NCBI GenBank assembly: GCA_964636405.1
Contig: CAZWSI010000005.1
Coordinates: 17,975-81,974 of the forward strand
Length of the DNA: 64,000 nucleotides
Direction of reading: 5' to 3'
DNA from: an uncultured Oscillospiraceae bacterium
GTDB taxonomy: Bacteria; Bacillota; Clostridia; Christensenellales; CAG-138
A model generated the notes under the pieces. That model saw only the letters and a program-made list of their open reading frames with translations. It was not told the DNA's origin and made no database searches. Positions within the stretch are counted from its first letter, which is position 1; the number at the start of each line of letters is the position of its first letter. The position numbers were made by a program, and so were the translations under genes. Shown in pieces: positions 59,080 to 64,000 of the stretch.

Positions 59080-60282
59080 ATGCGGATCGTTGGGGTGATT
59101 GCGGAGTACAATCCGCTGCACAACGGACATATTTATCATCTCGAGCAGGCGCGCGCGCAAACGGGCGCGACCTACTGTATCGTCGTGCTCTCGGGCAATT
59201 TTGTGCAACGCGGCGAGCCCGCCTGCACGGATAAGTTCACCCGCACCGAATGGGCGCTCAAGGCGGGCGCGGATCTTGTTTTGGAGCTTCCCACCGTATA
59301 CGCCGTTTCCAGCGCGGAGCGCTTTGCGCTCGGCGGCGTACGCACGCTGCTTTCCACGGGCGTTGTGACAGACCTTGCCTTCGGCTGCGAGGAAACAGAC
59401 CTCGAGACGCTCTACCAGCTCTGCGATATTCTGGTTTCCGAGCCGCCCTCCTTTAAGGAAGCGCTCCGCTCTCACCTTCAAATGGGCAAGTCCTATGCGC
59501 GGGCGCGCTACGACGCGCTGGCAAGCTACGGCGTGCCGCAGTATATGCTCTCCGCCGTCGCCAAGCCCAATAATTTGCTGGCTGTGGAATATCTGCGCGC
59601 CATCAGGCAATACGCGCCGGATATCGTACCGCTGCCCATCTCCCGCATCGGCTGCGGTTATAACGACGCGGCGCTGACGGGCGAATTCTCCAGCGCAACC
59701 TCCATCCGCAAGGCGTTGCAGGAGGGCAACCGCGAGGTGCTTTCGGCTATGCCCTCCTTTGTAGGCGGGCCGCTGCTCTACGATACGCAGTTTCCCGTCA
59801 CCCTGCACTCCGTGGGCGATATGATTCTCTACGCCATACGGCGCATGTCGGCGGAGACCCTGCGTGAAACGCCGGAAATCGGCGAGGGACTGGAAAACGT
59901 GATGATGAAGGCCGCGCGCAACTGCGCGGATATCGACGCGTTCTTTGAACAGGTCAAAAGCAAGCGCTATACCATGGCGCGCTGCAAGCGAACCGCAATC
60001 AACGCGCTGCTGGGCGTAACCGCCGCGCAGGTGAATGCGAGCGTGCGGCGGCCCGAGAGCGCCTATCTGCATGTGCTGGGCTATAACAAGGCCGCGCGCG
60101 GGCTGCTTTCGCTTGTCGGCCGTGCGTGCAGCGCCCCGCTCATCCTGCGCGGCTCCGATTACGACGCGTGCTCGGATATCGCGCTGGCAAACCTTGCCAC
60201 CGACGCATTGAGCACGGATATCCTGCGTTACGCCACCAAATCCGATATCCGCCGGGATTATATGGCTCCCATTATGATATAA
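59080..60282 (+). CDS. tmcAL: tRNA(Met) cytidine acetate ligase (YlbM/TmcAL)
   Basis: IAEYNPLHNGH, SGNFVQRGEP, PNNLLAVEY, SATSIR, KRYT. Confidence 0.9.
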   Translation: MRIVGVIAEYNPLHNGHIYHLEQARAQTGATYCIVVLSGNFVQRGEPACTDKFTRTEWALKAGADLVLELPTVYAVSSAERFALGGVRTLLSTGVVTDLAFGCEETDLETLYQLCDILVSEPPSFKEALRSHLQMGKSYARARYDALASYGVPQYMLSAVAKPNNLLAVEYLRAIRQYAPDIVPLPISRIGCGYNDAALTGEFSSATSIRKALQEGNREVLSAMPSFVGGPLLYDTQFPVTLHSVGDMILYAIRRMSAETLRETPEIGEGLENVMMKAARNCADIDAFFEQVKSKRYTMARCKRTAINALLGVTAAQVNASVRRPESAYLHVLGYNKAARGLLSLVGRACSAPLILRGSDYDACSDIALANLATDALSTDILRYATKSDIRRDYMAPIMI

Positions 60283-60349
60283 CCCGCGCGGCGATCCGCA
60301 ATGCGCGCACGTCCGGACGCAGAAGCATCCGGGCGTTTTCATCGGTCGG

Positions 60350-61216
60350 TTAAGCGTTAAGCCGCAAAGCCGCGCGCTCCATATAGCCGTCCTGCCAAGG
60401 CAGCAGCTTTTTGCGGGGCACGGCCCTCGGAATGCCGTTTTGTTCAAGCAGCTCATAAATGGCGGGCAGCGCGTTTTCCGCCGCACGCCTGCCTTCGCCG
60501 ACAATCGCCTCCGCGTCCGACGTTTCAAAGCGCCCCTTTACAAACAAAACCTCGGGAGCGATCAGAATATCCGCCTCCCGCGTGCGCAGCTTCGTATTTT
60601 CCCATTGCATGATCTCCAATGCGCGGTTAATCTGCGCGTAGGCGTTGGTTCCGCTGTACTGCCCGACGCCGCCGCGATAACCCACGTCCACGCCGATAAC
60701 CACGTCCGCGCCGCGCACGCGCAGCGTCCGGCAAGGCACGCGCTCGATGACCCCGCCGTCCACCAGCGTTTTGCCGTCCAGCTCGACCGGCATAAAGATG
60801 CCCGGAATCGACATGCTGGCCCGCACGCTTTCGCAAAGCTTTCCCGTATCCAGCTCGCACAGCTCGCCTGCTTTCGCGTCCACGGACACGCAGCAGAAGG
60901 GAATGCGCGTTTCCTCAAAGCGCTTGTCGTGTGTAAAGATGCGAATGAGCTTCCGCAGCCGCTCGCCGTGGAGCAAGCCGCCCTGCAGGGGATTGGATAG
61001 ATCAAAATAGCCCCACAAATTGAGCGAGCACGCATATTTTTCCAACAAATACATATCGCTGCCCACAGCATAAATAGCCCCGATAATCGCGCCCATGCTC
61101 GAGCCGGCGATCAAATCCACGGGCACTCCGTTTTCCTCAAAAACCTGCAGCACGCCTATGTGCGCAAAGCCCTTTGTGCTGCCCGCGCCCAGCGCGAGGC
61201 CGACCTTTTTTGCCAT
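60350..61216 (-). CDS. Patatin-like phospholipase (YlbK-like)
   Basis: GLALGAGSTKGFAHIG, GSSMG, VDGG. Confidence 0.92.
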   Translation of the reverse strand: MAKKVGLALGAGSTKGFAHIGVLQVFEENGVPVDLIAGSSMGAIIGAIYAVGSDMYLLEKYACSLNLWGYFDLSNPLQGGLLHGERLRKLIRIFTHDKRFEETRIPFCCVSVDAKAGELCELDTGKLCESVRASMSIPGIFMPVELDGKTLVDGGVIERVPCRTLRVRGADVVIGVDVGYRGGVGQYSGTNAYAQINRALEIMQWENTKLRTREADILIAPEVLFVKGRFETSDAEAIVGEGRRAAENALPAIYELLEQNGIPRAVPRKKLLPWQDGYMERAALRLNA

Positions 61217-61227
61217 ACCGTTCCTCC

Positions 61228-61257
61228 GCATATCCCAATGCACCTATATCATATTTA
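61228..61257 (+). promoter_or_regulatory. Candidate sporulation sigma (sigmaE-like) promoter of ylbJ
   Basis: GCATA-N17-CATATTTA directly upstream of ylbJ. Confidence 0.45.
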
Positions 61258-61272
61258 TGACAGTATAGCACA

Positions 61273-62385
61273 ATGATGGGGAGTTTTGATAGATTGAAAA
61301 TAGCGATCGTCCTTTGCTCCTGCCTGCTCATGGCACTGCTGCTGTTCTTCTCGGCGGAAGCCGCAGCGGCCGCTCAAAACGCCTTGTTGCTCTGGTGGCG
61401 GAGCGTACTCCCCGCGCTGTTTCCCTTTTATGTGTGCGCGGATCTTCTACAAAGCGGGGGGCTGTTTTCGTCGCTCGCGCGTGTGTTCCGGCGGCCCGCC
61501 GCACGGCTCGAGCTCTCCCCCGCCGCCGCGCCCTGCTTCCTTTTCGGCGCGCTGTTTGGGTTTCCCACAGGCGCGCGGCTTTGCGCGCAAAACGGCGTTC
61601 CGTCTCTGGCCGGCTTTTGCAACCTGTGCAGTCCAGTTTTTCTGCTCTCTGTGCTCGCGTCGCTATTTGGAAACAGGGCGTTCTTTTGGCCTGTCGCCAT
61701 CGCGCACTATGGCGCGGCGCTCCTTTCCGCGGCGCTCACGCTTTTCTTGCGGCGGCGCGGGAAGAAACGCGCGCCGCTGCCGCCGCCGAGCGCGCATGCG
61801 GAAAGCGACGCGCCTTTTTCGCTCATCTCCAGCATTGGAGAGGGCATGCTCGTTATGCTCCGCATCGGCGGGTGTATCGTGCTCTTTTCCGTGCTGGCGG
61901 CGGTGCTGGAGGCGGTGGGCGTTGTGCGGCTGCTTTCCGCCGCGCTTGCGCCGCTTGGCATAAACGCGGAGCTTGTGGCCGCGCTGCTTCGAGGCGCGCT
62001 GGAATTCACAAACGGCTGCGCGTCCGCCCTCGCCTGCGGGTTAGCGCCGCGCATCACCGCCGCGCTTTGCGCGTTCCTCATGAGCTTCGGCGGGCTATGC
62101 GTATATGTGCAGGCGCGGCTGTTTGTCAGCCGCGCGGATATGAAGCGCTATCTGCCGCAAAGGCTCGCGCAGGGCCTGCTGGCTTTCGGAATCGCCTATC
62201 TGACCGCGCCGCTCTTTCTCGGCGGCGCTGTCCCGGCGATGGAATACTCCGTGGATACCATCCGCATAAACGCCTCCGGCGGCGCGGCCATGCTCGGCGC
62301 GTCGGCCGTTGGCATTTCGGCGGCCTATCTTGCGGGCGTGCTGCTCAAAAGAGGCGGGGGCGCGCGCAAGGGGAGGCGGCGATAA
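61273..62385 (+). CDS. ylbJ: Sporulation integral membrane protein YlbJ-like
   Basis: LWWRSVLPALFPF, GFPTGA, CSPVF, IGGCIVLFSV, GALEFTNG, FGGLCVYVQ; conserved coaD/patatin/tmcAL neighbourhood. Confidence 0.8.
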   Translation: MMGSFDRLKIAIVLCSCLLMALLLFFSAEAAAAAQNALLLWWRSVLPALFPFYVCADLLQSGGLFSSLARVFRRPAARLELSPAAAPCFLFGALFGFPTGARLCAQNGVPSLAGFCNLCSPVFLLSVLASLFGNRAFFWPVAIAHYGAALLSAALTLFLRRRGKKRAPLPPPSAHAESDAPFSLISSIGEGMLVMLRIGGCIVLFSVLAAVLEAVGVVRLLSAALAPLGINAELVAALLRGALEFTNGCASALACGLAPRITAALCAFLMSFGGLCVYVQARLFVSRADMKRYLPQRLAQGLLAFGIAYLTAPLFLGGAVPAMEYSVDTIRINASGGAAMLGASAVGISAAYLAGVLLKRGGGARKGRRR

Positions 62386-62435
62386 TACGGGCAAACGGCC
62401 CGGCAAAATGCCAGGCCGCCAAGCGCGTATTTGAT

Positions 62436-63539
62436 TTACAGATCGTCGTCCTCATCCTCGTCGTCGTCGTCGATGAACTCGATCAGGCGTTTTCTCGGCT
62501 TCTTCTCCTTGGCGGGCTTTTTGGCGGCGGGCTTTTCTTCTTCCCAATCGTCCTCCTCGTCGTCAAACGCCTCGTCGTCCGTGGCCTCAAACATGCGGCG
62601 GAACAATCCCTTTTTCTTTTCCGGCTTGGGCGCTTCCTCCTCGTCCCGGCGAGCGGCGCGCGCGGGCGCAAAATCCTCCTCGTCGTCGCGGGTTTTGCGG
62701 GCCGCCTCACGCGGGCGGACAAAGGTCCGCGTTTCATCCATCGCCGCCGCGGACTGCGCGCGCGCGGGCGATTGACGCTCGCGCGCAAGGCGCGTTACGT
62801 CCACAGGCTCGATGCCGTCCAAATCGTCGATGCTCGCGGGGCCTGCCGTGCGGGTTTGAATCTGCGGCTCGGGCGTGCGCTGCTGCGCCGCAGGCGCGGG
62901 CGCGGCCGCAGCAGCCTGACGCTGGAGCTGCTGCTCCTGCGCACGCTGTTGCGCGGCAAGCTGCTGCTGCTGGGCGCGGCGCTGCGTTTCCTGATAGTGC
63001 TGCTCGGGCACAACGCCAAGCTCGCTGCGATTTTGCTGGATCAATCCGTTGTACTCGGTCAAATAGCGCTGCAAATCGGCCAGAATATCGTCCGCGTATT
63101 TGCGCGCGCCGTTATAGATGGCGTTCGCATTTTCGCTCGTTTCGGCCATCATCTGCTGGGCGCGGGCGCTCGCCTCCTGCAAAACGGAGGATTCTCCCAC
63201 CCGGGTTTCAAACTCGATTTCAGCCTGATGATACAGATTTTCCGCGGAGGCCTGCGCCTGCCCCAAGATGGTGTCCGCGTCCTGATTGGCCTGCTCCACG
63301 ATCTCACCGGCGGACTCCTTCGCGTCGCGGACAGTATTCTCCGCTTCGGCAATGATGCCCGTTGCGCGCCGGATATCCTCGGGGATGGTGACCTTTAATT
63401 CGCCAAGCAGATCATACAGGCGGTCGATTTCGACGATCCGCTTGTTCTGCGTGCCGAATTTGGTCTTGGGGCTTTCCTCCAGCTCCTGCTCGATGCGGGA
63501 AAGAATGCTGTAGATCTTCATGCTCTGTGCGCTGCTCAT
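62436..63539 (-). CDS. DivIVA/ATP-synthase-b-like coiled-coil protein with a long disordered tail
   Basis: IPEDIRRA, A-rich heptads, GARKYADDIL, QQNRSEL; Q/A-rich linker and acidic C-terminus; follows coaD. Confidence 0.75.
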   Translation of the reverse strand: MSSAQSMKIYSILSRIEQELEESPKTKFGTQNKRIVEIDRLYDLLGELKVTIPEDIRRATGIIAEAENTVRDAKESAGEIVEQANQDADTILGQAQASAENLYHQAEIEFETRVGESSVLQEASARAQQMMAETSENANAIYNGARKYADDILADLQRYLTEYNGLIQQNRSELGVVPEQHYQETQRRAQQQQLAAQQRAQEQQLQRQAAAAAPAPAAQQRTPEPQIQTRTAGPASIDDLDGIEPVDVTRLARERQSPARAQSAAAMDETRTFVRPREAARKTRDDEEDFAPARAARRDEEEAPKPEKKKGLFRRMFEATDDEAFDDEEDDWEEEKPAAKKPAKEKKPRKRLIEFIDDDDEDEDDDL

Positions 63540-64000
63540 CGTTTTGCCAGCCTTTCTGCTATCGTTTTCTCAATGCACGCGGGAACCAGTCCGGCGATTT
63601 CGCCGCCCCAAGTGCCTATCTCCTTGACCGCGCTCGAGCTCAGGAAGGAGTGCTCGGCGCTGGCCATGATGTAAACCGTCTGTATGTCCGGCGCAAGATG
63701 GCGGTTGATTGCGCCGATTTGGAATTCGTATTCAAAATCGGTCGTGGCGCGCAAGCCGCGAATGATGTAGCCCGCCTTGGCCTCTCGGCAAAATTCTACC
63801 AGCAGCCCTTCAAAGCTGCGCACCGTTACGCCGCTTATGCCCTGCGCCTCGAGCGCCCGTTCGATCATGGAAACGCGCTCAGAGGCGGAAAAAGCCGGTC
63901 GTTTTGCCACATTGTTGAGCACGCCCACGTGCACGCGGTCAAACAGGCCGACGGCGCTTTTCAGCACGTCCATATGCCCCTCGGTAAAGGGGTCGAAGCT
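63536..64000 (-). CDS. coaD: Pantetheine-phosphate adenylyltransferase (5' end outside the window)
   Basis: SFDPFTEGH, IRGLR..DFEYE, LSSSAVKE. Confidence 0.95.
   Translation of the reverse strand, partial: SFDPFTEGHMDVLKSAVGLFDRVHVGVLNNVAKRPAFSASERVSMIERALEAQGISGVTVRSFEGLLVEFCREAKAGYIIRGLRATTDFEYEFQIGAINRHLAPDIQTVYIMASAEHSFLSSSAVKEIGTWGGEIAGLVPACIEKTIAERLAKR

Noticed and set aside
1..64000. CRISPR arrays, tRNA/rRNA genes, transposases, integrases, phage or defence genes
   Set aside because: None recognised by eye in the sequence or in the ORF track

Overview
A GC-rich, gene-dense chromosomal segment from an anaerobic spore-forming member of the Clostridia (inferred from SCIFF/scfB, ylbJ, T-box and hemZ; possibly Christensenellales-like). 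I saw no rRNA, tRNA, CRISPR array, IS element or prophage. Left to right it carries: yajC; an unlisted 56-aa gene; rrf2-iscS-iscU; an MMPL transporter plus a heptad-repeat partner; a degenerate GT2; nrdD-nrdG with two tandem NrdR-box pairs; a degenerate ECF sigma fused in frame to an anti-sigma-like membrane protein; serC-serA; and a divergent purine-utilisation locus (threonine-synthase-like PLP enzyme plus BMP nucleoside ABC transporter on one side, ssnA-ygfK-xdh-SPFH on the other). Next come an APC permease, an LRR lipoprotein, a GH36 alpha-galactosidase with a MelB-like symporter, apgM divergent from tdh-kbl, and a canonical ECF/anti-sigma pair. The right third is mostly minus-strand housekeeping: coaD, ylbJ, patatin, tmcAL, pta-ackA, scfA-scfB, recJ::apt, rel, dtd, MBL hydrolase, hemZ, T-box hisS-aspS, rseC, trxA. 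Best leads: (1) the membrane-tethered pseudo-ECF/anti-sigma fusion, whose extracellular domain is paralogous to the anti-sigma at 41943; (2) a variant anaerobic purine/urate cluster with a threonine-synthase-like enzyme and an NrdR-box-like operator; (3) a stop-less in-frame recJ-apt fusion. All calls come from motif recognition by eye; no database searches were run.
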